NCBI GenBank assembly: GCA_025057315.1
Contig: JANWXW010000057.1
Span: 33,250 to 97,249, forward strand
Reading direction: 5' to 3'
Length of the DNA: 64,000 bases
Source of the DNA: Myxococcota bacterium
Lineage (GTDB): Bacteria; Myxococcota_A; Polyangia; Palsa-1104; JAEUJZ01
Within the stretch, counting starts at the first letter, position 1; the number at the start of each line of letters is the position of its first letter. The notes under the pieces were generated by a model, which worked only from the letters and a program-made list of their open reading frames with translations, had not been told where the DNA came from and did no database searches. A program made the position numbers and the translations under genes. Positions 36,372-46,069 of this stretch are shown here, one piece after another.

Positions 36372-38195
36372 ATGCTCAAGGTCATCGTCTGCCTCAAGCA
36401 GGTCCCTGATGTCGCCGAGATCCGCTTTGATCCGCAGCGCCGCACCCTGGTGCGCGAGGGAGTGCCGGCCATCGTGAACCCCTTTGATCGGCCGGCCCTG
36501 TCGCTCGCGGTCCGGCTCCGGCAAGAGCAGGGCGCCGAGGTCACCGTTGTCACCATGGGGCCGCCCCAGGCTCGCGAGGCACTCTATGAGGCGCTGGCCA
36601 GCGGATGCGACCGTGCGGTGCACCTGTGCGACCGTGCCTTTGCCGGCTCCGACACGCTGGCCACCGCCTGCGCCCTGGCAGCCGCCATCCGGCAGAACGG
36701 CTTCGATCTGGTGCTATGCGGCAAGCACACCGTGGACGGCGAGACGGCCCAGGTGGGTCCAGAACTGGCTGAGCTGCTCGGCGTGCCGCACGTCTCCGGC
36801 GTGAGTCACCTTGCCTGGCAGGAGGCAGGCGTGCTTGTGTGCGAGCGCCAGAGCGACGATGGCCACGAGACGGTGCGGGTGACGCTGCCGTGCCTGCTCA
36901 CCTGCGCCGAGCACCTGGCGCCGCCGGTGCCTGTGCGTCGGCCCCAGCTGGAGGCTGCCCGCCAGCGCGAGGTGGTGCAGCAGAGTGCGGCCGACCTCGG
37001 CCTGTCTGAGCAGGACACGGGAGAGAGCGGCTCGCCCACCTGGGTGGCTGAGATCCGCTCGCTCCCTCCGACAGCCCGCCCACCCCTTAGGCTGCTGCGT
37101 GGTGACCCACGCGAGGTGGCCCACGAGCTGGCGCGCGCCATCCGGGAGGCACAGGCCCAGCGGCCCCCACCGGTCCTTCCCCCTCTGCCACCTCCCGCTC
37201 AGGGTGCCAAGGGGCCACCGGTGCTGGTGCCAATCGAGCGAAGCCCGCAGGGTGGGCTTCGACCCGGGACGGTGGAGCTGCTGGGTGCAGCCGCGGACCT
37301 GGCGCGGCGTCTACAGGGTGAGGCCGTGGCGGTGGCACTGGGCGGTTGTGACGACAGCACCGCTGCGGCCTGTGCGGCTGCTGGCGCAGATGTGGTGTTG
37401 CTCGTCGAGCATGCCGAGCTGGCCCGCTACAGCAGCGAGGCCTACGCAGCGGCGCTGGAGATCGTCATCACTCGCCTCCAGCCGGCTGCCGTGCTGTTTT
37501 CATCGACGGAGCTGGGGCGCGACTGGGCGCCGCGGCTGGCCGCTCGCATGCGGCTGGGGCTGACCGGCGACGCCATCGGCCTGGATCTAGATGAAGAGCA
37601 GCGCCTGGTGATGCTCAAGCCTGCCTTCGCTGGCCACTTCGTTGCACCGATCCTGTCGCGGACCCGCCCGGCGATGGCAACCGTCCGTCCGGGTGCGATC
37701 CCGGCGCGGGCGCAGGATTCGACGCGGCGGGCGCGGACGGTCCAGCTACAGCTGCCCGACCTTCCGCCACCCAGGACGCAGCTGCTGGAGCAGAAGATCA
37801 CGGTGGACGAGCGAGCCGAGCGTCTTCTGGGTGCGCACACCGTTGTGGGGGTAGGCTATGGGGTGGGCGACCCTGCCCACCTGCCATTGCTATGGCAGCT
37901 GGCCGATGGGCTCGGCGGCGCCCTGTGCGCCACGCGGCGCGTCACGGACAAGGGCTGGCTGCCGCGGCAGCTGCAGGTGGGGCTCACCGGCAAGGTGATT
38001 GCCCCCCATCTCTACCTGGCAGTTGGCATTCGAGGCGCGCCCAACCACGTTGTCGGCATCCAGCGCGCGGCCGTGATCATGGCCATCAATACCGACGAGA
38101 AGGCGCCGATCTTTCAGCTTGCCAGCGTGGGCGCTGTGGGCGACTTTCGCGACATCGTCCCGCAGCTCGTCCAGCAGCTGCGCTCAGCGGAATAG
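36372..38195 (+). CDS. Fused electron-transfer flavoprotein: EtfB-like N-terminal half plus EtfA-like C-terminal half
   Basis: N-terminus MLKVIVCLKQVPDVAEIRFD...VNPFDRPALSLAVRL...VVTMGP (EtfB). Pro-rich linker QRPPPVLPPLPPPAQG (~nt 37140-37220). C-terminus VVGVGYGVG...ATRRVTDKGWLPRQLQVGLTGKVIAPHLYLAVGIRGAPNHVVGI...AINTDEKAPIF (EtfA FAD domain). Confidence 0.88.
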   Translation: MLKVIVCLKQVPDVAEIRFDPQRRTLVREGVPAIVNPFDRPALSLAVRLRQEQGAEVTVVTMGPPQAREALYEALASGCDRAVHLCDRAFAGSDTLATACALAAAIRQNGFDLVLCGKHTVDGETAQVGPELAELLGVPHVSGVSHLAWQEAGVLVCERQSDDGHETVRVTLPCLLTCAEHLAPPVPVRRPQLEAARQREVVQQSAADLGLSEQDTGESGSPTWVAEIRSLPPTARPPLRLLRGDPREVAHELARAIREAQAQRPPPVLPPLPPPAQGAKGPPVLVPIERSPQGGLRPGTVELLGAAADLARRLQGEAVAVALGGCDDSTAAACAAAGADVVLLVEHAELARYSSEAYAAALEIVITRLQPAAVLFSSTELGRDWAPRLAARMRLGLTGDAIGLDLDEEQRLVMLKPAFAGHFVAPILSRTRPAMATVRPGAIPARAQDSTRRARTVQLQLPDLPPPRTQLLEQKITVDERAERLLGAHTVVGVGYGVGDPAHLPLLWQLADGLGGALCATRRVTDKGWLPRQLQVGLTGKVIAPHLYLAVGIRGAPNHVVGIQRAAVIMAINTDEKAPIFQLASVGAVGDFRDIVPQLVQQLRSAE

Positions 38196-39680
38196 ATAGC
38201 GGAGCCATCGCAGCACGCGCTTGTAGAGCCGATCCCTGTAGGGGAACCACCATGGGTCCTGTCGCAGCGTGATGCGGTCGTAGTTGACGTGACGGAGCTG
38301 GCACAGGTCGCGCAGCCCCTGAGCCCCGCGCCTCCAGCCGTTGCCCGCCTCGCCCACCCCTGCCCACGGAGTCTCCGGAGCCGCCAGGGTGAGCAGCACG
38401 TCGTTGACCATGACGGTGCCCGCGCAAAGGCGCTCGGCCAGCCGGCGCCCTCGCGCCACATCGCGGGTAAATACATAACCTACCAGGCCCAGCCGTGACG
38501 CGTTGGTAAGTTCTACGGCCTCCTCCTCGCTGCTGACGCGCATAATGGGTAGCACCGGGCCGAAGATCTCCTCGCGCATGATCTCCATGTCCTGGTGGCA
38601 TCCGGTCAGCACCGTCGGGGGAAAGAACAGACCTGGTCCCTGCTGCGGGCTGCCGCCGGTCCGTGCCGTGGCCCCCTGAGCGATGGCACGCTGCACCTGG
38701 GCGCGCACAATGTCGCGTCGGCCGCGGCAGGTCATGCTGCCCAGATCGACCTCCCCCAGCGCCGGATCGCCCTGCCGCAGCCGACCCACCTCGGCGACGA
38801 TTCGATCGATCAGCGCATCGTGGATGTCTTCGTGCACGTAGGCTCGCTCCACCGAGCCACAAACCTGTCCGCTGTTGCAGAAGGCGCCCCAGGTCAGTGC
38901 GCGCGCCGTGCGCTCCAGGTCCGCATCGGCGCAGACGATAGCCGCTGCCTTGCTGCTCAACTTGAGCACGTACGGGATCAGCCGCTCGCCGCACGCGGCC
39001 GCCACCTTGCGCCCTGTTGCTGTCGAGCCGGTAAACAGGCAGTAGTCGATGCCAGCGTCGATAAGCGCAGCGCCGGTCTCGCCGGGTCCTGGGACCACCT
39101 GAAACAGATCGGGGGGCAGTCCCGAGGCATCGTGGATCTCTTTGGCCAGCAGGGCGACGAGCGGCGTGGCCTCGGAGGGCTTGAGCACCACCGCGTTGCC
39201 GGCAAGAAGCGCCATGACCGTTTCGCACATCGGGATGGCAAAGGGAAGACTCCACGACGCGATGAGGCCCACCACGCCCCGAGGGACATGGTGCAGGTAG
39301 CTGCGGCGTGTCTTGAGTAGGTGGAGCCGGATGGTCTCGGGACGAAGCATGTCCGGGGCCCGGCGGACAAAGTAGTTTGCCCAGTCCACCACGACGGCCA
39401 CCTCGGTGGTGAGGGCCTCGGTGTGGGGCTTGCCGCACTCTTGCTGGATGCGCTGGCAGATCTCGTCGGCACGGCGGACGATTTGGTCGCGTAGCCCGGC
39501 CACGCGCTCGGCGCGATCGCGCACAGGCAGGGCTCCCCAGGCAGCTTGGGCTGCGCGCGCTCGCTCAACCACGGCCCGGACCGCCTGGGCATCGAGCACG
39601 GGGACCCGGCCTACTAGCTCGCCGGTCGCTGGGTTGTGGCTTTCCAGCGTGGTGGCATCGGACAGGGACAGGGCGCCCAT
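38184..39680 (-). CDS. Aldehyde dehydrogenase superfamily protein with non-canonical general-base motif
   Basis: GNAVVLKPSE, FTGSTATGRKV, CNSGQVCGSVER (catalytic Cys retained), EEIFGPV. The LELGGK box reads LKLSSK. Confidence 0.88.
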   Translation of the reverse strand: MGALSLSDATTLESHNPATGELVGRVPVLDAQAVRAVVERARAAQAAWGALPVRDRAERVAGLRDQIVRRADEICQRIQQECGKPHTEALTTEVAVVVDWANYFVRRAPDMLRPETIRLHLLKTRRSYLHHVPRGVVGLIASWSLPFAIPMCETVMALLAGNAVVLKPSEATPLVALLAKEIHDASGLPPDLFQVVPGPGETGAALIDAGIDYCLFTGSTATGRKVAAACGERLIPYVLKLSSKAAAIVCADADLERTARALTWGAFCNSGQVCGSVERAYVHEDIHDALIDRIVAEVGRLRQGDPALGEVDLGSMTCRGRRDIVRAQVQRAIAQGATARTGGSPQQGPGLFFPPTVLTGCHQDMEIMREEIFGPVLPIMRVSSEEEAVELTNASRLGLVGYVFTRDVARGRRLAERLCAGTVMVNDVLLTLAAPETPWAGVGEAGNGWRRGAQGLRDLCQLRHVNYDRITLRQDPWWFPYRDRLYKRVLRWLRYLFR

Positions 39681-39827
39681 GCAAGGGCAGATACCATGGA
39701 CCGCGCAGCCTTGGCGCGTCCCCGAGGCGGCCAGGGCATTCGGCGCAAATCATGCGGGGCCAGGTCGCCCTCGCGTGGTGGGCAGCCTGGGAACGATACT
39801 TGCAGTGCCCTCCAACCGAGAAACGTC

Positions 39828-41030
39828 ATGCCCCCAACTCATCGTTCAACTCATCATTCTGTCGTCATCGTGGGCGGTGGCACGGCCGGCATCACCGTGG
39901 CGGCGCGCCTGCGTCGAGCTGCTCCGGACTTGGATGTGGCGCTCATTGAGCCCTTGGCCCACCATGACTACCAGCCCATCTGGACCCTGGTCGGTGCGGG
40001 CGTCGTCGACCGCAAGCACCATCGTCGCCCGGAGGCAGATCTTATCCCTCCCGGGGTCAGTTGGATCCAGGATGCAGTCGAACAGTTCGAGCCGGAGCAG
40101 CACATGGTGGTGACGCGAACCGGCCAGCGCATTGGGTACGAGCAGCTGGTGGTCGCCGTCGGCATTCAACTTGACTGGCACCGCATCAAGGGGCTCCAGG
40201 GTCACCTGGGCCAGGATGGCATCTGCAGCAACTACAGCTATGAAACCGTCGAGAGCACCTGGCGCTTCTTGCGCACCTTCCAGGGTGGCAACGCGGTGTT
40301 TACTCACCCGAGCGGCCCCATCAAGTGTGGCGGAGCGCCGCAAAAGATCATGTACCTGGCCGACGACTGGCTGCGGCGTACGGGGGTACGTGAGCGTTCA
40401 CGGGTCATCTATGCTGCGGCCACCGCCGGCATCTTTGGCGTGCCCAGGTATGCACGAACGCTAGAGGGCATCCTCCAGCGCAAGGGCATCGAGACGCACT
40501 TTCGTCACAATCTGATCGAAGTACGGCCGGCATCCCGGCAGGCTGTCTTCCAGAACCTAGATACACAGGAAGAAGTCATTATCCCCTACGATCTGCTCCA
40601 CGTGGTGCCCCCTCAGAGTGCGCCTGACGTGGTCAAGACCAGCCCTCTGGCAGATGCACAGGGCTGGGTCGAGGTGGACAAACACACGCTCCAGCACCGC
40701 CGCTTTCCATCTGTGTTCTCCCTGGGAGACTGCAGCAGCCTGCCCTGTTCGCGGACCGGAGCGGCCATCCGCAAGCAGGCGCCGGTGCTGGTGGCCAATC
40801 TGCTGTCGCTGCGCGCGGGGCGGCCGCTCACGGCGCGTTACAATGGCTACAGCTCATGCCCGTTGGTCACCGGCTATGGGCGGGTGGTCTTGGCCGAGTT
40901 TGACTATGATGGCAACCCGGTTGAGACGTTTCCCTTCGATCAGTCCAAGGAGCGCCGCAGTATGTGGCTGCTCAAACGATATGTTCTACCTGTGCTGTAT
41001 TGGCACGGGATGCTACGCGGGCTGGCCTAG
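39828..41030 (+). CDS. Sulfide:quinone oxidoreductase-like FAD-dependent oxidoreductase (type II SQR-like)
   Basis: Met at 39828: MPPTHRSTHHSVVIVGGGTAGITVAARL (FAD fold). GPIKCGGAPQKIMYLADDW. FSLGDCSSLPCSRTGAAIRKQAPV. Confidence 0.82.
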   Translation: MPPTHRSTHHSVVIVGGGTAGITVAARLRRAAPDLDVALIEPLAHHDYQPIWTLVGAGVVDRKHHRRPEADLIPPGVSWIQDAVEQFEPEQHMVVTRTGQRIGYEQLVVAVGIQLDWHRIKGLQGHLGQDGICSNYSYETVESTWRFLRTFQGGNAVFTHPSGPIKCGGAPQKIMYLADDWLRRTGVRERSRVIYAAATAGIFGVPRYARTLEGILQRKGIETHFRHNLIEVRPASRQAVFQNLDTQEEVIIPYDLLHVVPPQSAPDVVKTSPLADAQGWVEVDKHTLQHRRFPSVFSLGDCSSLPCSRTGAAIRKQAPVLVANLLSLRAGRPLTARYNGYSSCPLVTGYGRVVLAEFDYDGNPVETFPFDQSKERRSMWLLKRYVLPVLYWHGMLRGLA

Positions 41031-41146
41031 CTGCCAGGGCAGGGCGGGGCGAGAGACAGCAGCGCGGCGGGGGGTGAGCAAGAGGCATTGCCACGGCTTC
41101 TGCCTCTGCCGTTGACAGGGCTGCGGGGCTTCGTCATGTTCCGCCC

Positions 41147-42160
41147 ATGCTGCAGCTACCAGCCGACCTGGATCTGTGCGACCTCCATGTTCACGTCGGA
41201 GGGGCGGTGGCACCACACATCTTGTGGTCGATCGCCCACGAGCATGGCTTCAAGCTTCCGGTCAAGTCATATTGGGACTTTGTCCGCCTGATTACGGCGG
41301 ACCCAGAGCGGATTAGCTCCCTCGATGACTTCGTGGATATCATGCATCGCTGGACCGAGCGCATCCAGTCCTCTCCGTCAGCCATCGAGCGCTCAGTCTA
41401 TGAGATCATTGGCAAGGAGTATCGCAGCTCGCGCGTTACCACGATCGAGCTGCGCTTCAACCCCATGAAGCGCAACCTCGGTGGCGAGCGCGACCTTGAT
41501 TACATCATCCATGCTGCTCTGCGGGGGATGGAGCGCGCCTGCCTGGAATATGGCTGCCGGGCGGGCCTCATTTTTTGCCTTGCGCGCGAGTTCGACTACG
41601 ACCTCAACGAGATCATCGTTCGCAAGGCGATCCGCTGGATGCACCGCGGCGTGGTCGGCATCGACTTGGCCGGGCCGGAGCGGCACACGGTCGAGCTCTC
41701 GAGCGAGGTGACGCGCTACCGCGACTTATTCGAGCGGGCGCGGCATGCTGGTCTGGGCACCACCGTGCATACCGGCGAGACCTCGCACACCGATGCCCGA
41801 GGTGTGTTGGCAGTGCTCAGCGAGTTGCGCCCACAGCGCATCGGTCATGGCATCGCTGCCCACAAGAGCGAGGAGGCCATGGCCCGCCTCGTCGAGGACG
41901 GCGTGGTCCTTGAGATCTGCCCATCGTCGAATCTTCGCACCCGATCGGTCGCTGATCTGCAGGAGCTGGGACGCATCCTGGCCATCTTTCGTGAACGCGG
42001 CGTGCGCTACACCATCAACACCGATGGGCCGTACATCCTCGATACGAACCTGCGGCGAGAGTTTAACCTGCTGCTGGCGGCCGGTGTGCTTCGCCTCGAC
42101 GAGGCGCTCCGCTGCGTGGAAACTGCCCATGCCGCCTCCTTCATTCGCGAAGGACGGTAA
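41147..42160 (+). CDS. Adenosine/adenine deaminase family amidohydrolase
   Basis: CDLHVHVGGAV, IELRFNP, VGIDLAGPE, TVHTGE, GHGI, NTDGP. Confidence 0.85.
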   Translation: MLQLPADLDLCDLHVHVGGAVAPHILWSIAHEHGFKLPVKSYWDFVRLITADPERISSLDDFVDIMHRWTERIQSSPSAIERSVYEIIGKEYRSSRVTTIELRFNPMKRNLGGERDLDYIIHAALRGMERACLEYGCRAGLIFCLAREFDYDLNEIIVRKAIRWMHRGVVGIDLAGPERHTVELSSEVTRYRDLFERARHAGLGTTVHTGETSHTDARGVLAVLSELRPQRIGHGIAAHKSEEAMARLVEDGVVLEICPSSNLRTRSVADLQELGRILAIFRERGVRYTINTDGPYILDTNLRREFNLLLAAGVLRLDEALRCVETAHAASFIREGR

Positions 42161-42163
42161 TCC

Positions 42164-43792
42164 CTATGGACAGCCCCGCCAGAGCAGGGCCGCCAGGAGC
42201 AGACCTGCCGCCCCCAGAGGACCTATCAGGTAACGCCACCTCTTCCATCCCCACCGACTCCGCATCTGCTGCCTCCGCCGGAGCCATCCGCGGGTACGCC
42301 CCCTGGATCGGGACTCGGCAGGCAGGAGGGCAGGAGGTACCAGGGGCGACGGGTTGTCGTCTCGGAGGAGGGTGGGGCCAGAAGGTACCACAGGTGCCGT
42401 GTCTGACTCTGCCCCCTGTCGCCATCCAGGACGCCAGGTGGGCAGCGCTGCTCGCGATACCAGCACCGTCGGCAGCGCTACGCGTGCTGTTTCCAGGTGA
42501 TTGTCCGGAGCTGCCGCACCAGCCGGGCATGGATCCACCACCGTGTCGGCGGCAGGGATGAAGGTGTTCTCGGACGCTCCGGCTGTCAGCCGCAACGCGG
42601 GTAGGCGCTGGATCTGGGTCGGGCCCTCCGTGGCGGCTGGAGCCTCTGCCTCCGGGGCGACATTGGTGCAGGGCCCCTGTGCAGTATACACTAGGGGAGT
42701 GATGTGTTCGGTAGGATCTCCAGCAGACTTTCCCACCGCGGGCCGCAGGTGATGCCGGCGCAGGTACTCGCCGAGCAGCAAGCTGCTGCTCATGTGCGGC
42801 CACGCTTTGAGAAAGCGCTCTAGGTCGAGCTGCATCTCCGCGGCGCTGCTGTAGCGGTGATCGCGCCGGGTCTGCAGTGCTCGTCGCAGAATGGCGTGCA
42901 GTTCGGGCGGCACGTCAGGCCGCAGCAGCTCCAGCTGGCCCAGCCCTTCCAGGGCCACGCCAGCCCGTATGGCCCGCAGGGCGGTGTCGATGGGCAGGTC
43001 TCGCGGAACCAGCGGCATGCCGGTCAGCAGTTCGTACAAGCACACCCCCAGCGCGTGGACGTCGCTGCGACCGTCCTGGCGCAGCCCCTCGGCTTGCTCC
43101 GGCGACATGTAAGCGTACTTGCCACGAATCATCCCGGGCCGCGTCTCCTGGGCTGACCAGGCGGCCTTGGCGATGCCAAAGTCAAGAACTTTAACGACCC
43201 CATCGAGGGTGACAAGGATGTTCTGGGGGGAGACATCTCGATGCACGATGTGCTGCGGTCGCCCCGCAGCGTCGGTGCGGGTGTGCGCGTGGTGCAGGCC
43301 GGCCAGGGCGTCGGCAGCGATGCGCACCGCATGCTCAATCGGGATGGACAGCCCCTCGGTGCGGGCAGCACGGATGAGGGCGCTCAGCGAGACACCCTCG
43401 ATGAGCTCCATGGCCAGAAAGAGGCAGTCTCCAGTGCGACCGAAGTCGTAGATATGCACGATATTGGGATGAGACAGCGTTGCTGCCAGGCGTGCCTCCT
43501 GCAAGAACAGCGCGCGGAACTCTTCGCTCTCGGACAGATGCGGCAGGATTCGCTTGACCGCGACCTGACGGGCGAAGCGGATGCCTGTCGCGCTGTCATA
43601 GAAGCCGTCGCTGTCGCTCCCTTCGCTGTCGCCCGCCGAGGACAGCTGCCAGGCGAGGAAGACCTCGGCCATGCCCCCGCGCGCAATGCGGCGGACCAGC
43701 CGATAGTTGCCAAAGGGGACGCCCAGCGCCATCGCGGCGGATGGTACAATGAAGCGTTCCGATCCAGGCAGTGCATCGGCGGGCACAGTCAT
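42164..43792 (-). CDS. Ser/Thr protein kinase with Pro-rich linker and C-terminal TM anchor
   Basis: IARGGMAEVFLA, VAVKR, HRDVSPQNILV, DFGIAKA, YMSPEQ. C-terminal WRYLIGPLGAAGLLLAALLW. Confidence 0.9.
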   Translation of the reverse strand: MTVPADALPGSERFIVPSAAMALGVPFGNYRLVRRIARGGMAEVFLAWQLSSAGDSEGSDSDGFYDSATGIRFARQVAVKRILPHLSESEEFRALFLQEARLAATLSHPNIVHIYDFGRTGDCLFLAMELIEGVSLSALIRAARTEGLSIPIEHAVRIAADALAGLHHAHTRTDAAGRPQHIVHRDVSPQNILVTLDGVVKVLDFGIAKAAWSAQETRPGMIRGKYAYMSPEQAEGLRQDGRSDVHALGVCLYELLTGMPLVPRDLPIDTALRAIRAGVALEGLGQLELLRPDVPPELHAILRRALQTRRDHRYSSAAEMQLDLERFLKAWPHMSSSLLLGEYLRRHHLRPAVGKSAGDPTEHITPLVYTAQGPCTNVAPEAEAPAATEGPTQIQRLPALRLTAGASENTFIPAADTVVDPCPAGAAAPDNHLETARVALPTVLVSRAALPTWRPGWRQGAESDTAPVVPSGPTLLRDDNPSPLVPPALLPAESRSRGRTRGWLRRRQQMRSRWGWKRWRYLIGPLGAAGLLLAALLWRGCP

Positions 43793-43888
43793 GCGGAGGC
43801 GGCCCGGGGCAACCCCAGGTCCGCGCTGTTGCCCTCCCCAGGGGGGTGTTTTCAGCGCGGCCCGCTGTTGCCCGCCCCGGGTGGCCTG

Positions 43889-44668
43889 CTACGGCAAGCC
43901 CCAGGTCCGTCGCAGCCGTGCGTACACAGGCGCTGGGAGCTGGACCAGCACGGGGCGCGTATCGGGCCGTAGCCAGCGGGCCAGGCGCAGCAGATCCTCG
44001 ACGGCCATCGCCGTGCAGCCGGAGGTGGGCGATCGCGCCTTATCCCACAGGTGGACGAAGATGCAGCTGCCCACAGCGGGCAGCGGCCGGTCCATGTTGT
44101 AGCGCACCACCAGAAGGTAGCGATACAGCCCATCGGGGCGGAGCATACGCTCGGCCGAGCGCCAGGGCGGCGACGCAGGCGCCTCGACCAGCTGCCCGTA
44201 GTGCGGTGCCTCTGGGTCATCGACGCAGCGGTCGGACGGACGGGCGGCGTGGTAGGGCAGCAAGACGCCCGCTGGAGCGGTCTCATCGTACCCCCACATC
44301 TCGCCCAGAGGCAGGGCACCGGCCGGGGACCGCCCATCTCCTTCTCGTTTGAGCGGTGCATCCGGCGGCGGCGGAGGAGCACCGGCATCCCCGCGCCAGC
44401 CTAGACCAGACCGGCCCAGGCGCACGGGGAAGGGACCGCCGACCGCCCTCCAGTGCTGACCCGGCGCGTCGCGCTCATAGCGCCGCGCAGTGCCATCGGA
44501 ACTGGACCACGACGCGGCGATGACTAGCACGAGCTGTCGCGCCCGGCGTACCAGCGCCTCGTCGGCATGCACAGGTCCCAGTTGCACCGTCTGCCCCAGC
44601 TGGAGGATGAGCAGCCATCCCATCCAGCGCAGCCTGACGGCGATCCGCCCGAACCTATTGGCAGACAC
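43889..44668 (-). CDS. L,D-transpeptidase (YkuD)-like secreted protein
   Basis: Signal-like N-terminus. C-terminal GSCIFVHLWDKARSPTSGCTAM matches the His...Ser/Thr-x-Gly-Cys catalytic pattern of YkuD domains. Confidence 0.6.
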   Translation of the reverse strand: MSANRFGRIAVRLRWMGWLLILQLGQTVQLGPVHADEALVRRARQLVLVIAASWSSSDGTARRYERDAPGQHWRAVGGPFPVRLGRSGLGWRGDAGAPPPPPDAPLKREGDGRSPAGALPLGEMWGYDETAPAGVLLPYHAARPSDRCVDDPEAPHYGQLVEAPASPPWRSAERMLRPDGLYRYLLVVRYNMDRPLPAVGSCIFVHLWDKARSPTSGCTAMAVEDLLRLARWLRPDTRPVLVQLPAPVYARLRRTWGLP

Positions 44669-44694
44669 GGCGTAGAGATGATATCTAGTCTAAA

Positions 44695-45192
44695 ATGTTC
44701 CATCTTAAGAAGAATCCAACGAAAAAAAAGCAAAAAGGATACATAGGCTCTTTCAAGCTGTCCAGTGTGCTGCTGGTGATGGGAGCATGCGTTGTGGCTC
44801 TGGCCGGCTGCCCCAAGGGCAAGCCGGAGGTGCGCGTTGAAATTGCCTCGGTGGGCGACACGATGGCCTTCGACAAGAAGGAGATCACCGTGCCTGCGGG
44901 GAGCCGCGTCACGCTGGTGCTCAAAAACAACGCCACCAGCCCGGTCATGACGCACAACTGGATTCTGGTGACCGAAGGCAAGGTCGACGAGGTGGGGCAG
45001 GCCGCGGTCGCCGTACCAGCAGAGCAGGGCCATATCCCCATCCACCCGGCGATCCTGGCCCGCACCCCCCTGTCCAGACCGGGTGAGACGGTCAGCGTAA
45101 CCTTCGATGCCCCTCCAGCGGGACGCTATGAGTTTTTGTGTTCCACGCCGGGCCACTACATGCAGATGCGGGGCATATTTATTGTCAAGTAG
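44695..45192 (+). CDS. Azurin-like blue copper protein (cupredoxin), lipoprotein
   Basis: Lipobox ALAGC. Copper ligands MTHNWIL (His) and FLCSTPGHYMQM (Cys-x4-His-x3-Met, as in azurin). Confidence 0.85.
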   Translation: MFHLKKNPTKKKQKGYIGSFKLSSVLLVMGACVVALAGCPKGKPEVRVEIASVGDTMAFDKKEITVPAGSRVTLVLKNNATSPVMTHNWILVTEGKVDEVGQAAVAVPAEQGHIPIHPAILARTPLSRPGETVSVTFDAPPAGRYEFLCSTPGHYMQMRGIFIVK

Positions 45193-45436
45193 CTGGTGTC
45201 GTCGGGGCTGCCTCCCTTAGAACAGAAGCGCATGGCCAGGGGGCCCGTTGGGAGCGGCAGGAGAGGGGTTGGGCGGTGAGGCCGGCTGGTTTTGGTTTGC
45301 TATAGGCAAATGAAGGCTGGCTTCTTGGGCCTGGGGGCATTTGCTGACAGGGCTTGTCTAGTCGGCATACGGCTGGAGCAACGTCGGCCTCTGGCGCCGC
45401 TTGCCATGCCTCGGCTAGAAGGCGTAAACAGCAAGA

Positions 45437-46069
45437 ATGCAAGAGATTCTTCCTGGAGTCCAGCGCTGGTCCTGGCTGTCCCCAGCACATGGCTATCTGT
45501 TCAACGGGTACCTGCTCCACCTTCCGGATGGGGTCGTGTGCATCGATCCCGTTCAGGCTGACGAGGCCGATCTGGCTGCGGTTGTCGCCGCTGCCCCGAT
45601 GCGCATTGTGCTTACCAACCGGAACCACGTGCGCATCTCTCCGCTGCTGCGCGAGCGGACCGGGGCTCCTGTGGCCATTCACCCGGCCGATGCTGACCAT
45701 GCGCGTCAGCAAGGGGCTGTGGTAGACGAGGCGCTGACACCAGGCCAGCGCATCGGCCCGCTCACGGTCGTGCCGGTGCCTGGGAAGTCGCCTGGCGAGG
45801 TGGCGTTGCACTGGCCCGAGCGACGGTTGCTCGTCGTTGGCGATGCGCTGATCGGCGATCCGCCAGGGCAGGTGCGCCTGCTGCGGCCCCAGGTGATAGA
45901 CGACCTAGAGGGGTTGCGCCGTAGCATCCGCGCGCTGCTCGCGCTGGACTTCGACGTCTTGCTGGTGGGCGATGGAGAGCCTCTGATCGGGGGAGCACGG
46001 GCGGCCGTGCAGCGCCTGGTGGCCAGCTTCCCCGACGGGACGGCGGGTCCAGCCGAGACCGCCAGCTAA
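45437..46069 (+). CDS. MBL-fold (metallo-beta-lactamase-like) protein with degenerate metal motif
   Basis: Fold-typical N-terminus (GYLFNGYLLHLPDGVVCIDP), TNRNHV in place of HxHxDH, PVPGKSPGEVAL, VGDALIG. Confidence 0.55.
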   Translation: MQEILPGVQRWSWLSPAHGYLFNGYLLHLPDGVVCIDPVQADEADLAAVVAAAPMRIVLTNRNHVRISPLLRERTGAPVAIHPADADHARQQGAVVDEALTPGQRIGPLTVVPVPGKSPGEVALHWPERRLLVVGDALIGDPPGQVRLLRPQVIDDLEGLRRSIRALLALDFDVLLVGDGEPLIGGARAAVQRLVASFPDGTAGPAETAS

